A stretch of 64,000 nucleotides of DNA from an uncultured delta proteobacterium (GCA_963752595.1 CAVVYZ010000001.1:288001-352000), one strand, 5' to 3'. Counted from the stretch's first letter, positions 10,411 to 26,090 are shown. Notes: generated from the letters alone by a model not told the origin. Program-made: numbers and translations.

Positions 10411-10725
10411 ATGAAAAACAAAAAGAAAACCCGGAATGATGATCTTGTCCAGGCCATTGGCGAACTCGCGGCCAAGACCACCCAGCTTGCTCATAGAGCC
10501 GAACGGCTGTATGCCGGGGAAGTCGAGGATATCCTGCAGTCCGGATGCTGTGATCCAAGGCGCATCGAGCACGTGCTCGACGGTATCCTTGATTTTTGTT
10601 CCGATGATTCAATGTTGCGTTTATTCAAAAAGCTCTGTCGCTACTATTATCAGATCGACCCTGCAGCAACGGCTTCATATGTCAATTTCTATCGGGAAAT
10701 GTGGGATGAGGAAGGGAAGAAGTAA
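10411..10725 (+). CDS. Hypothetical protein
   Basis: RBS GAGGAGG; 104-aa ORF with protein-like composition. Confidence 0.65.
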   Translation: MKNKKKTRNDDLVQAIGELAAKTTQLAHRAERLYAGEVEDILQSGCCDPRRIEHVLDGILDFCSDDSMLRLFKKLCRYYYQIDPAATASYVNFYREMWDEEGKK

Positions 10726-11178
10726 GAACTGCCGTCCGTAAAGTGGGACACAAACCTGATAAAGAACCAGCACATGATTCAGATAAATAATTGTCTGAAC
10801 AATAATATAATAAAAACATCCTTGACGAGCTCGCCACCTTGCCTTGGATGCAATGAACAGATTCCAGATAAATGCAGAGCAGGACCGCCAGGATGACATA
10901 GTTTGCCTTGCCCCGATGACGCCTGCGTTTAACGATTGGAATAGATCTGCCAGCTTTTGACAAGTTATTGAATTGATGATATTGGTGATTTATCCACTTT
11001 GATACTCACCATGAAAACAGCAGCTTTTCCACAGAAAAGTTTTTTTGATCCACCTTATGCCCTCCTCTCACTGAAAAAGATGAAGAGAGAAAATGTAATA
11101 AATATTTTGGTAGGACACTATATGGGGGACCAGGTCTGGTAAATTATGCAGGCTGAGAGGATGAAAAGTAGATAACTG

Positions 11179-13834
11179 ATGGATATAGCATTAACAAGAC
11201 TATGGGCAAAGACGACTAGTAACAGTGATGCAGGGTGGCATCCCCTCATTCTTCATATGCTGGATGTGGCTGCCAGTGCGGACGCTATCCTGGCGCGTGA
11301 ACCGGAATCAACCCGCATAAGGATGGCAGCAATTTTGGGGATGGAGTGGGAGGATGCCCGAGCTTGGCTTTTGCTTGTAATAGCCTGCCATGATCTGGGG
11401 AAGGCCTGTCCGGGATTTCAATGCAAGTGGACAAATCATGACAGATCTGGATTCATGCCTCGAAGCCCGAATACCGAGATCAACCATGCCTTTGTGAGCC
11501 AGATCGCCCTTACAGAACTGTTGCAGGAGAGGGGCTGGCCGGATGAATTGGCGGAGTTGGTGGCCGATGCGGTGGGATGTCACCACGGGGAACGGGCTTC
11601 TCCGACAACACTTAACTATCTTGGAAGGCGATAGAGCGTGCCACTTGGCAAGGATGAATGGGCACAAGCGCGTCGAGGGCCTCTTTGAAGCGTTGCTGGA
11701 AGTTCTTAAACCTGTCCAGATTCCCGCCAAACAGACTCTTTCCGGCCCTGACTTCATGCTGCTGTCCGGGCTCACAAGCTTTGCCGACTGGATCGGCTCC
11801 AACGAAGATTGGTTTCCTTTCGGTACTCCGGAGGACTGCGAGGATCTTGCTGGGATGGTTCAATAAGCGCAGAGCCCATGCCGACCAAGCTCTGGATGCA
11901 ATCGGATGGGAACCCCGAACCCCGCTTTCCCCGGAGCCAAAGTCTTTCGAACAGGTTTTTGGCTTTGCTCCCCGTCCCTTGCAGCAGGCTGTTGCCGATG
12001 CTTTGGCTGATGTGAAGGAGCCTGCCATTCTGCTGGTGGAAGCTCCCATGGGCGAGGGCAAGACCGAGGCGGCCTTCTTCGCGCATCTGGAACTGCAGCG
12101 ACGTTTCGGGCACCGCGGCTTGTATGTGGCCTTGCCGACCAAAGCCACCGGAAATGCCATGTTCAAGCGAACCCTGAAATTCTTGCGCCACCAGGGAACG
12201 GATCGAAAGCTCGACCTGCAACTGTTGCACGGCGCGACACTCCTCAACGACACCTTCCAGAATCTGCGTCTTTCGGGCATCCACGATCCCGAAACAGGCG
12301 GTGAGATCCGCGCGGGAGAATGGTTCACCCACAAAAAACGGGCGCTCCTCTCGGAATACGGCGTGGGAACGGTGGACCAGGCGCTCCTGCCCATTCTGCC
12401 TGTGCGGCACAACTTCGTGCGTCTGTGGGGTCTTGCGAACCGTGTGGTGGTCTTCGACGAGATCCATGCATACGATGCCTATACGGGTACGCTCCTGGTT
12501 CACCTGCTGCGCTGGCTTCTGGCACTGGGCTCGTCGGTGGTGCTTCTCTCGGCAACCCTGCCGCCTTCTATTCGACGCAAGTTGGCAGGAGTGGTGGATG
12601 CCGACTTGCCGGAACAAGAGAAGGAATATCCCCGCCTTTCCGTCTTCCGCCCGGGCGCGGTGGAACAAATACATTTCGAGGCCGATCCTGCGCGCCGCCG
12701 GACTCTGCGACTACTAGGGATTCCACCGGACCTGCCGAGCATGCGCTCTGCTCTGGAGGAGCATCTTGCCAATGGTGGAATGGGGCTGGCGCTTGTCAAT
12801 ACGGTGCAGCGAGCCCAGGATCTTTACCGGCTTTTCCCCGAGGGTGAGCACTGGAGCGCGAAGGCCAGCGTGTCGGCAAACGACTGTCCGATGGGACGGA
12901 AGTGTTTCTCTTCCACGCCCGCTTTCCGGCTGATCGACGGCAGAAGCGCGAGGATCATGCCTTGGAGACCTTCGGGCGAAGGCGGAATCAGGACAGGACG
13001 AAAAATCCTCATTGCCACCCAGGTGGCGGAACAGAGCCTTGATCTGGACTTCGACCTGATCGCAACTGACCTCGCGCCTATTGACCTTGTGCTTCAGCGA
13101 GCGGGGCGCTTGTGGCGGCATGCACGGGACTCCAGGCCTGTTTCCGAACCGATCCTCCTGGTAGCGGGACTTGCTGGCGACGAGCCGCCATCATTCGGAA
13201 AGCCACTCTGGTGGGGAGCGGTGTATCGCGAAGATATTCTGTTGCGCACATGGTGTCTTCTTACGAGAGCGACAGAGACACTTGACGCTGCCGGACGAAA
13301 TCGATACCTTGGTGCAAGCGGTTTACGAAGAGCAGGTGGACGTGCCGGAAAACCTGCAGGAGAGACTGGACAAAGCCTTGTTGGAAGGGGAAGGGGAAGA
13401 CATTGCCAAACATGGGCAGGCAAACCAGGCGATAATTGGCTTTCCCGACGATGCATCATGGAACCAGCCGGAGAGATTCGTTCTTTACGACGAAGATGAA
13501 CCTGGCGTGCATCGAACCCTCATGGCCCAGACCAGGCTTGGCGAAGATCGATCGTAGCTATTCCGTTATTTCCGGAAGACGGATTCCGTCCGGAAGCGAC
13601 GCCGGATTTCGCCCAGGCCAAACAGTGGTTCCTGCGGGCCATGAGCCTTTCGCGCAAGGGCGTGGTCAAGAAACTGCAAGGCGCTGGGGGTGCCGGAAGG
13701 CTGGAAGAAATCACCGCTCTTGCGCAATTGCTTCCCGCTGGTGCTGGATGCAGCAGGATCGCTGGACCGAGGATGCAACGGTGCGACTGGATGACGATCT
13801 GGGGCTGGTGTACGAGACAAAGGAGGCCGAATGA
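11179..13834 (+). CDS. cas3: Cas3 HD-nuclease/helicase (several frameshifts)
   Basis: LWAK, HMLDVA, CHDLGK, CHHG, ADWIGS, APMGEGKTEAA, DEIHAYD, SATL, TQVAEQSLDLD, QRAGRLWRH across successive frames. Confidence 0.95.
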
Positions 13835-15451
13835 GCCGATTCAACCTGATTGACGAGAAATGGATCCCGGTGCGGTTCCCTGATGGAACCCGCGACGAAC
13901 TGGGCATCCGCGACACCCTGCTGCGATCGAGGGAGATCGCGGCTATCGAGGACCCGTCCCCGCTGGTGGTGGCTGCCTTGCACCGCTTTCTGCTTGCGGT
14001 CCTGTACCGCGCCTTGGAAGGACCGACCGACATCGATCAGGCCAAGGCACTGTTCAAGGAGGGGATCCAGGCGAAAAAATCACAGCCTACCTGGAAAAGT
14101 GGCGGGATCGGTTCTGGCTGTTCGATGAGAAGTATCCGTTTGGGCAGATTCCCACATTCGAGCCGAAGACCTGGAGAGCTTGGACGTTCTTCGCTGCCGA
14201 GCATAATGCCGACAATGCCAAGGTTCTCTTCGATCACGTGGATGTGACAGAATCTGGTAGTATCAGCTATGCTGCCGCCGCTCGGTGGATGCTGGCCACC
14301 CAGACATTTGCCGTCTCTTCGGGCAAAAGCGAAATCTCTCATACTGGTACAGCTCCATCGGCAGGCTCTGTAATGGTCATTCCTATTGGGTTGAATCTTC
14401 AGGATACACTTTTTTTCTGCCTTGTTCCCCAAAATCGAGAAGTAATGCAAGCTGATATTCCATTGTGGGAAAGAAATCCTGAATCTGTTGAGTACCTGAA
14501 AGCCCCGAATAAAGTGTTAGACAAAAAAACTGGGAAGCAAAAAGATCGAACTGTAGAGAGGGTTTCTAATGGAATTGTAGACCTTTATACATGGAGGACC
14601 CGCTCGATTCTTTTCAAGGAATCACCATCTGGCGATGTTTCCGAGTTGGCTTTTGCTTCTGGTGTTGGGTACAAGGAATCGATGGATATTGACCCAATGC
14701 TCGGGTACCAATTAGGGAAATTACAGATAAAGAAACAAAAGAAAAGTTGAAAAAAAGAGTTACTATTCACCTTGAAGAAAGGGGATTTTGGCGAGATTTT
14801 GATTCCCTGCTCCCCGATGATGATCACCTCGCACCGCAGGTCATTGAACATGCTGTAGCATTACCGGTTGGATCGCAAGAGATTGCCCAGAGCTGTGATG
14901 GTTCTTGGTCAAAGGTATTACCCACCTCGACCAAATATCGAGTACTGGCGAAAGGAACACTTTGCCCTTCCTGAAGCAATGTCGGGGGATCGATATATCC
15001 GTCATGATATTCGAGACATTTTGATAGAGGCCGAGAAAGCTGGAAATCTTTGTGGAATGGTGAAGATGGAATTAAGGCATGCCTTTGTAGTAGTGTAGGG
15101 ATCTTTGCAAATAACTCTGAGTCGGGGTGAACGCGAGCCTGCTGGCAAGGATATTAAAAGCTTTGTCGATCAGTAATGCCGGTTCACTTGGTACTGGTCC
15201 ACCTGGAATCCCGCTTTCACGAAATCCTGCGTGAGTACACCCTTGACCGGGATTCTGAGATATCCGCTGCAGTGGCTGAAGTCTGTCCGGGAAACTTTGA
15301 GAGCCGCATGGGAGCAGCATCGTGCTTCTGTCTCCACGGGTGATGCCTGGGCTATCCGTGCACTTGTGAAAGCTGAAGGGCCAGTACTGGCAAATTGAAG
15401 GAACTGAACGATGAGATTCAAAAACTCGAACCGCAGAAGGAGGACGCATGA
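13831..15451 (+). CDS. cas8e: Type I-E Cascade large subunit Cas8e/Cse1 (frameshifted)
   Basis: FNLIDEKWIPV N-terminus, AAARWML, DLYTWRTR, FWRDFDSLL; position after cas3. Confidence 0.9.
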
Positions 15452-15964
15452 ACGGATTCATCGAATGGCTGGAAGACCTGAATGAGAAAGACACCAAGGT
15501 GAGGGCGGTGCTGCGACGAAGCCTCGCCTTTGATCCGGAGCATTCGTACCCGCTTACCCTTATGTCGAACCCTTCGTGAAGGATGAGGATAATCCTGGCG
15601 GAGGGAGATGTTCTATCTGGTGGCCGGTCTCTGGGCAGCACATTGGCGAGAGGCCGATCGGAGTGAACCGATATCACTCGGGAAGGCGTGTGCAGCTTCA
15701 TCAGAATGGCAAGCGGTTCAACGAGCACCGAACGCCGCTTCATCACCCTGCTGGATGCTGATCCTGACAGTTGCCACACCGTCTGCGCCAGATGATTGCC
15801 CTTCTCAAAGAGCAAGCCATTGATTTCGAAGACCTGTTGAAGGGGCTTCTGTACTGGAACGACGACCAGAAGCGCACCCAGAACGCTGGGCTCGCGACTT
15901 CTACCGAAATCTAGAACAATGAAACAGAAATCGAATCCATAACCGATAAGGAGATCACAAATGA
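15448..15964 (+). CDS. cas11: Cas11/Cse2 small subunit (frameshifted)
   Basis: [38 protein letters not shown] pieces from manual reading; operon position. Confidence 0.8.
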
Positions 15965-17126
15965 AGACAATAATCGAAATTCATGCCTTGCAGAACTTTG
16001 CCCCATCAAACCTGAACCGAGATGACACCGGTGCCCCCAAAGATGCCTTATTTGGTGGCACCCGCCGCGCCCGTGTGTCCAGCCAGTGCCTCAAACGTTC
16101 GGTGCGGCAGTATTTCAAAGATAGTAGAACAAAAGATATGGGTAGCTGATACGAACCAAGCGTATCGTTGATGCTCTGAAGGAACGACTCACGCTGAAGT
16201 TAAAAGACCAGAAGGGACTTCACTGAAGACAATCTGGTGAAGATAATTGAAACCGCTATGTCAAGCCTTGGCGAGCAACAAGAAGGTTACGGTGAAAGGA
16301 AGAGGAAGAGCGAGTATCTCCTGTTCTTGAGCACGCGAAATTCGAAATAGAATTCTCTGCAGAAAGTGGGATCATCACCGCATTCTTATGCTGACTCTGT
16401 CTCAAAGGAAAAAACCGTCAGACCAAGTATAAAGCAGGCTGCAAGATGCCGATCCTGAATTAAAGAAAGCACTGAAAAGTCTTCAACGGTGGAAAGCCGT
16501 TGATGTTGCACTGTTCGGGCGAATGCTGGCCGATATGCCCGAGAAGAACCAGAACGCTGCCTGCCAGGTTGCTCATGCCATTTCGACCCATTCTGTTGAA
16601 CGGGAATTCGACTTCTACACTGCCGTGGACGACCTCAAGCCCGAGGACACCGCCGGTGCTGACATGATGGGTACGGTGGAGTTCAATTCGGCCTGTTTCT
16701 ACCGCTATGCCGTGGTGGACTGGGAAAAACTTGTGGCAAATCTCCAGAATGACAAGGAACTGGCGACCAAGGGACTGCGGGCTTTCCTGGAAGGTTTCGT
16801 GGTGGCCGAACCCACCGGCAAGCAGAACACCTTTGCGGCCCACAATCCACCGGAGTTTGTTGCGGTTTCGGTGCGCCGCAATACCGCACCCCGCAACCTG
16901 GCCAATGCTTTTGAGACTGCCGTCCGCGTGAAAAAGGATGAGTCGCTGACCAGAAAGTCGGCAGAGGAGCTTGCCAAGAAGGCCAAGGCGCTGCAGGCTG
17001 CTTTTGGCGGTGAGGAGAAGACATTCGTTCTCAATCTCGTTGAGGCGAAGTTGAGATGGATTGGGAACGGACGTGGCCACTCTGAAAGATCTTCTCGACA
17101 AGGCCCTTTTGGCCGTACAGGAGTGA
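15961..17126 (+). CDS. cas7: Cas7/Cse4 backbone subunit (middle section garbled)
   Basis: [62 protein letters not shown]. Confidence 0.95.
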
Positions 17127-18492
<1,366 letters not shown>

Positions 18493-18566
18493 GAAAGCTC
18501 CGGCATCGATCCAGCGATAAACAATGTCAGCTTCTTATGCTGGTAAGGCGAGTATGAGGTGTAAAT

Positions 18567-19406
18567 ATGGAATCGAGACTTGTTGTTTTTAATGATAAAA
18601 AGATAAGGCGCATCCTTCTGGAAAATGTATGGTATTTTGCCGTGGTTGATGTAGTCGCAGCATTGACTGATAGCGATAAGCCACGAGACTATTGGTATCG
18701 TCTAAAAAAACGGGAACTGGAATCAAGTGGAGTTCAGCTGTCGACATATTGTCGACAACTCAAGCTTGAGTCAACCGACGGAAAGAGATACATTACCGAA
18801 GTTGCCAATACCGAAGGCATTTTTCGCATCATCCAGTCTATCCCGTCTCCAAAGGCCGAACCATTCAAACGTTGGTTGGCAAAGGTCGGCTATGATCGGA
18901 TTCAGGAGATCGAAGATCCTGAACTCGCAACGCAGAGGACCAGAGAATTATACAAGGCCAAGGGTTATTCGGAAGAGTGGATCGAAAAGCGGATGCGAGG
19001 AATCACCATTCGCGCAGAGCTCACCGACGAATGGAAAGGCCGCGGTGTAAAGAAAGAACCTGAGTATGCAATCTTGACAGCCGAAATATCCAAGGCAGCA
19101 TTTGGTCTTACCCCTGCAGAATACAAACAATTGAAGGGGCTGGAACGTGAAAATCTCCGCGACCATATGACCGACCTCGAATTGATTTTCTCAATGTTGA
19201 GCGAAGCTGCAACTACGGAGATAACCAGAAAACAGAATGCCCAGGGATATGACCAGAACAAGGATGCGGCACACAAAGGCGGTCGGATTGCAGGCGGAGC
19301 ACGGGAGAAGCTGGAGGCGGAAACCGGCTCGCAGATCGTTTCATCTGAAAACTATCTTGCAGAGCCTGAGAGTGTAAAACGCTTGGGAAGAAGAAAAAAA
19401 CAATGA
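18567..19406 (+). CDS. Bro-N domain DNA-binding protein inserted in the cas operon
   Basis: IRR..WYFAVVDVV, IIQSIPSPKAEPFKRWLA, NLRDHMTDLEL; intact 279-aa ORF. Confidence 0.85.
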   Translation: MESRLVVFNDKKIRRILLENVWYFAVVDVVAALTDSDKPRDYWYRLKKRELESSGVQLSTYCRQLKLESTDGKRYITEVANTEGIFRIIQSIPSPKAEPFKRWLAKVGYDRIQEIEDPELATQRTRELYKAKGYSEEWIEKRMRGITIRAELTDEWKGRGVKKEPEYAILTAEISKAAFGLTPAEYKQLKGLERENLRDHMTDLELIFSMLSEAATTEITRKQNAQGYDQNKDAAHKGGRIAGGAREKLEAETGSQIVSSENYLAEPESVKRLGRRKKQ

Positions 19407-19440
19407 ATAATCGAGCGTGTTTTTTATATCAGGTGCAACA

Positions 19441-20644
<1,204 letters not shown>

Positions 20645-20715
20645 GTATGAAGGCGTGTTTCGGTAGAATTTTGATCATTGAAAATTGATAGTGAATTTAA
20701 CGGAATACAGGAAGT
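20645..20715 (+). promoter_or_regulatory. CRISPR leader
   Basis: AT-rich stretch between cas2 and repeat 1, containing a GGTAGA motif like that of other I-E leaders. Confidence 0.75.
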
Positions 20716-23700
20716 GTGTTCCCCACACACGTGGGGATGAACCGATTCACTCAGCGTTTCATGCGCACTCACCAATACGTGTTCCCCACACACGTGGGGA
20801 TGAACCGATCGATTTTCATTGACAACTCATCCGGCATTACGTGTTCCCCACACACGTGGGGATGAACCGGGCATGGGCATAGGCGATAATCGTTAAGATC
20901 AAGTGTTCCCCACACACGTGGGGATGAACCGGACGACCATTTTCTGACGAGCCGCAAGATCGTTGTGTTCCCCACACACGTGGGGATGAACCGGTGGCAG
21001 AATACGGCCAAGCGTGCGATGTCAGGTGTTCCCCACACACGTGGGGATGAACCGTGCTGTGGATAGCAGCCATGACGATTGACAGTCCGTGTTCCCCACA
21101 CACGTGGGGATGAACCGAATTATGGCTGTACAAGATGGCGCAATCGACCGTGTTCCCCACACACGTGGGGATGAACCGGGGATTGACGGACTTAATCAGC
21201 GCAGTACTGGCGTGTTCCCCACACACGTGGGGATGAACCGGCCAGTGGGGTCATGGCGATCATCTGGACGTTCGTGTTCCCCACACACGTGGGGATGAAC
21301 CGCTCAAACTGCAATGGATTGAGTGCTGGGTCGAGCAGTGTTCCCCACACACGTGGGGATGAACCGAGTAACGGCACTTGCAGCTCAGCATACAGCGAGT
21401 GTTCCCCACACACGTGGGGATGAACCGTCTCGTCAACGATCGCCGAGAGTGCGGCGGTCCGGTGTTCCCCACACACGTGGGGATGAACCGTGATCGACGG
21501 CTTCGAGCAATCCTGTCAACCAGTGTTCCCCACACACGTGGGGATGAACCGAACCGTCACTAATCTGTCACAAGCTATGTATCCAGTGTTCCCCACACAC
21601 GTGGGGATGAACCGATGCAGGGCGGCCGCTTGATCTCGAACAGGCAGGTGTTCCCCACACACGTGGGGATGAACCGACCATCAGCTCGACAGAGCAGGAC
21701 GGATACAGGTGTTCCCCACACACGTGGGGATGAACCGTAGGTCAATGTATGCGCTACGTGTCATCGATTCGTGTTCCCCACACACGTGGGGATGAACCGT
21801 AGTTCGACATCTGCCTGAGTAGTCGCGACTATGGTGTTCCCCACACACGTGGGGATGAACCGGATCGGCGAGCGGATGGCGACGCCGGGCAACAGTGTTC
21901 CCCACACACGTGGGGATGAACCGTCGCGAATGTATGGCGAAGCTCCAAGCGTAATCGTGTTCCCCACACACGTGGGGATGAACCGGCATTTCGACTTGAG
22001 CATATGGGCTGTGATCCAGTGTTCCCCACACACGTGGGGATGAACCGCATCAGCGTGCATCGTACGGGCAAGAGCACGATGATATTCCCCACACACGTGG
22101 GGATGAACCGCGGCAGGACGTAGCAGATCGCAGACTGTATGAGTATTCCCCACACACGTGGGGATGAACCGGCTGAGTCAGCCTACGAGTTCAGATGATT
22201 GATGCGTGTTCCCCACACACGTGGGGATGAACCGTCCAGTGCGATGACTCTGATCGCACAGTCCATGAGTATTCCCCACACACGTGGGGATGAACCGTAC
22301 ATACGCTGTTCAAATGCATCCGCGCACGGTACAGTGTTCCCCACACACGTGGGGATGAACCGGTGACTGCCAGATGATGTCGCTCTACGCATGTCAAGTG
22401 TTCCCCACACACGTGGGGATGAACCGCTATGACGCCAGTGTCGCAGCGATCGACAGCGTCACGTGTTCCCCACACACGTGGGGATGAACCGACGCTGGTT
22501 CATGCCGATGCTTCATCATGACGTATTCCCCACACACGTGGGGATGAACCGCACGATGCGACACGTCGAGCATGCACTGGGCCACGTGTTCCCCACACAC
22601 GTGGGGATGAACCGGTACGATTGTTTCAGCCTGCGCATGAACCTGCAGCGTATTCCCCACACACGTGGGGATGAACCGGCTATGGCAAATGCCAAGGCTG
22701 ATCGCGCGTGAGTGTTCCCCACACACGTGGGGATGAACCGAGCTCGGTCAGCTGGCACTGTCATGACCGACGCGTATTCCCCACACACGTGGGGATGAAC
22801 CGTGATGCCGATCACTGCACCTGCGCAGTCACCGATGTGTTCCCCACACACGTGGGGATGAACCGCTATGCAACGATGCGCACAGTGCAGCCAGGCGTGT
22901 GTTCCCCACACACGTGGGGATGAACCGTTAGCAGACTGCAGATCAGCGACGATCAAAGTGAAGTGTTCCCCACACACGTGGGGATGAACCGATCGCGATG
23001 CAGATGAGACGATGGCAGGCGAATGCAGTATTCCCCACACACGTGGGGATGAACCGATCATCAAGCTCGAAGTCGCATGATGATGCATGCAGTATTCCCC
23101 ACACACGTGGGGATGAACCGGATCGTATGCATTGTGAGCGCGATGTCACGGTATGTATTCCCCACACACGTGGGGATGAACCGCGTAGCAATGCGCTGAA
23201 TGTGCATTCGGCTGCAGTATTCCCCACACACGTGGGGATGAACCGTACTGGCCATTGGCGATTCCGCGCTTCCGAACAGTATTCCCCACACACGTGGGGA
23301 TGAACCGCGGCAAGATTGCCCGACGCGCGAGCACATCGATGGTATTCCCCACACACGTGGGGATGAACCGCGTCAGATGGCAAACATGGCCTGTCCTGAG
23401 GAGCAGTGTTCCCCACACACGTGGGGATGAACCGACATCAGATGACACAAGCCGATCCGCCATGCACGTATTCCCCACACACGTGGGGATGAACCGAGCC
23501 AGTCTGGAGAGCACAGACATCGACAACGGAGTGTTCCCCACACACGTGGGGATGAACCGATATCGAGGCAGTGGCGAATACGGCGATGTCGAGTGTTCCC
23601 CACACACGTGGGGATGAACCGGCTGGAGATGATCCGGATCGTCGGAGCCGCAGGTGTGTTCCCCACACACGTGGGGATGAACCGTGCAGATCGCTGACGG

Positions 23701-26033
23701 TGGCATACGGATGACTGCAGTGTTCCCCACACACGTGGGGATGAACCGCGTGCCGGAGCATACCATGCGGAATAGGCGATGCGTGTTCCCCACACACGTG
23801 GGGATGAACCGCAACGATCGGACCACGAATCAGCGATGGAACAGTGTTCCCCACACACGTGGGGATGAACCGGTCAGCGGCCTGCGAGGCCAGCGAATGC
23901 AGCTGATGTGTTCCCCACACACGTGGGGATGAACCGCACGTTCGAGCACCCGAGTGCCGGCAGAACACGTGTTCCCCACACACGTGGGGATGAACCGCCT
24001 GCCAGAATGGATGAGTATCGACAACAGTCGAGTGTTCCCCACACACGTGGGGATGAACCGGCACGCGGCGATGCAGCCGCTGATGGACATCGAAGTGTTC
24101 CCCACACACGTGGGGATGAACCGAATCAGGCGTGGCAACTGTCATCAAGCGGTACAGCGTGTTCCCCACACACGTGGGGATGAACCGTCCATTACCGGAC
24201 GTCATACCAGGATCACGCAGAGTGTTCCCCACACACGTGGGGATGAACCGACGCTGGAAGCCGTGCGAGTCACTTCTGGAAGTGTTCCCCACACACGTGG
24301 GGATGAACCGATGTATGCTGGAATCGAGCACGAGCGCTGAATACGTGTTCCCCACACACGTGGGGATGAACCGGACTGATGCCTACAGGACAGCACAGCG
24401 TATCATGGTGTTCCCCACACACGTGGGGATGAACCGTGTCGCGACATATCGCCACGCTCGCAGCTATACGTGTTCCCCACACACGTGGGGATGAACCGGT
24501 CGATCGTGGCGATCGCAGCCATGTCTGATCGTGTTCCCCACACACGTGGGGATGAACCGATAGAATCGACACGGCAGTCTGATCCGCTATGGAGTGTTCC
24601 CCACACACGTGGGGATGAACCGGCGATATCAATACATGCAGTGCCGATGAGTACCGTGTTCCCCACACACGTGGGGATGAACCGCGCGGATGATCAGCTC
24701 ATGAGCATGCGGATGCACGTGTTCCCCACACACGTGGGGATGAACCGGCAATGCTTGTCGAGTTCAGCGGCATCTGGTTCGGTGTTCCCCACACACGTGG
24801 GGATGAACCGGTGATCTTGTCATGTATCGATGCCAGCTCGTGCGAGTGTTCCCCACACACGTGGGGATGAACCGATCGAGCACGAATCAGGCGCATGAGC
24901 GAAGCATCGTGTTCCCCACACACGTGGGGATGAACCGGATCGACAGGCTGTATGACGACGATGAGCAAGCGTGTTCCCCACACACGTGGGGATGAACCGG
25001 ATAGCATCAGCGACTCGCCGTCAATTGTCTGATGTGTTCCCCACACACGTGGGGATGAACCGACTATCATGACGTACTGTACGAGTGCATCAGTGTGTGT
25101 TCCCCACACACGTGGGGATGAACCGTCGATGTAATAGATGCCGACTGCGTCATCAGTGTGTTCCCCACACACGTGGGGATGAACCGGTAGATCGTACCGG
25201 TCCCGATGACTGCTCGTCAGTGTTCCCCACACACGTGGGGATGAACCGAAAATGGGCATGCTCAAGATAAGACACAGGGGAGTGTTCCCCACACACGTGG
25301 GGATGAACCGGCATTCGCGCTGATCCGGCAGCCTGCACAGATGTGTTCCCCACACACGTGGGGATGAACCGGTATTCAACGACAACATGACCCATGGCGA
25401 ATGTGTTCCCCACACACGTGGGGATGAACCGCGAGGGACATATGCGCAGGTTACGTATCAGGATAGTGTTCCCCACACACGTGGGGATGAACCGGCTGCG
25501 TTGCATCGGGACGGTCTGCCAGCTGACGTGTTCCCCACACACGTGGGGATGAACCGGCCTGTCACCGGCATAGCGCAGCGGCAACCCAGTGTGTTCCCCA
25601 CACACGTGGGGATGAACCGATGCACGCGATACGGCAGGCACAGCCCAGATCGTGTTCCCCACACACGTGGGGATGAACCGGATATAGCCGATCTTATAAG
25701 CAATCGCAACGGAGTGTTCCCCACACACGTGGGGATGAACCGCCGGCGATGCGGATCGCCGTGCTGCCGCCGCTGTCGGTGTTCCCCACACACGTGGGGA
25801 TGAACCGCGGGACAGATCGGTTATATATGTTGGCAAGTGTTCCCCACACACGTGGGGATGAACCGCCTCGATCTAGACCTGCAGGCCGTACCTATCGTGT
25901 TCCCCACACACGTGGGGATGAACCGGACACGCTGAGGGCTGGCCTCCATATTGTATCAGTGTTCCCCACACACGTGGGGATGAACCGGTTGCATATAGCC
26001 TGTCGGCTGATATTATACGATTCAATCCATCCA

Positions 26034-26062
26034 TTGACATAGGGGAGGTACAGTAATATGAT
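26034..26062 (+). promoter_or_regulatory. Putative sigma70 promoter inside the giant spacer
   Basis: TTGACA (26034-26039), 17 bp, TATGAT (26057-26062); RBS GGGAGG at 26079-26084 before ATG 26091. Confidence 0.7.
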
Positions 26063-26090
26063 AACCCTTTCATATATCGGGAGGTTTCTT

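Noticed and set aside
10730-11178. creTA/CreR-like mini-array near cas3 or between cas6e and Bro-N
   Set aside because: I could not see convincing degenerate copies of the repeat.
20769-26042. Many ORFs with VHPHVCGEH / [10 protein letters not shown] / GSSPRVWG repeats
   Set aside because: These are translations of the CRISPR repeat in different frames, not genes.
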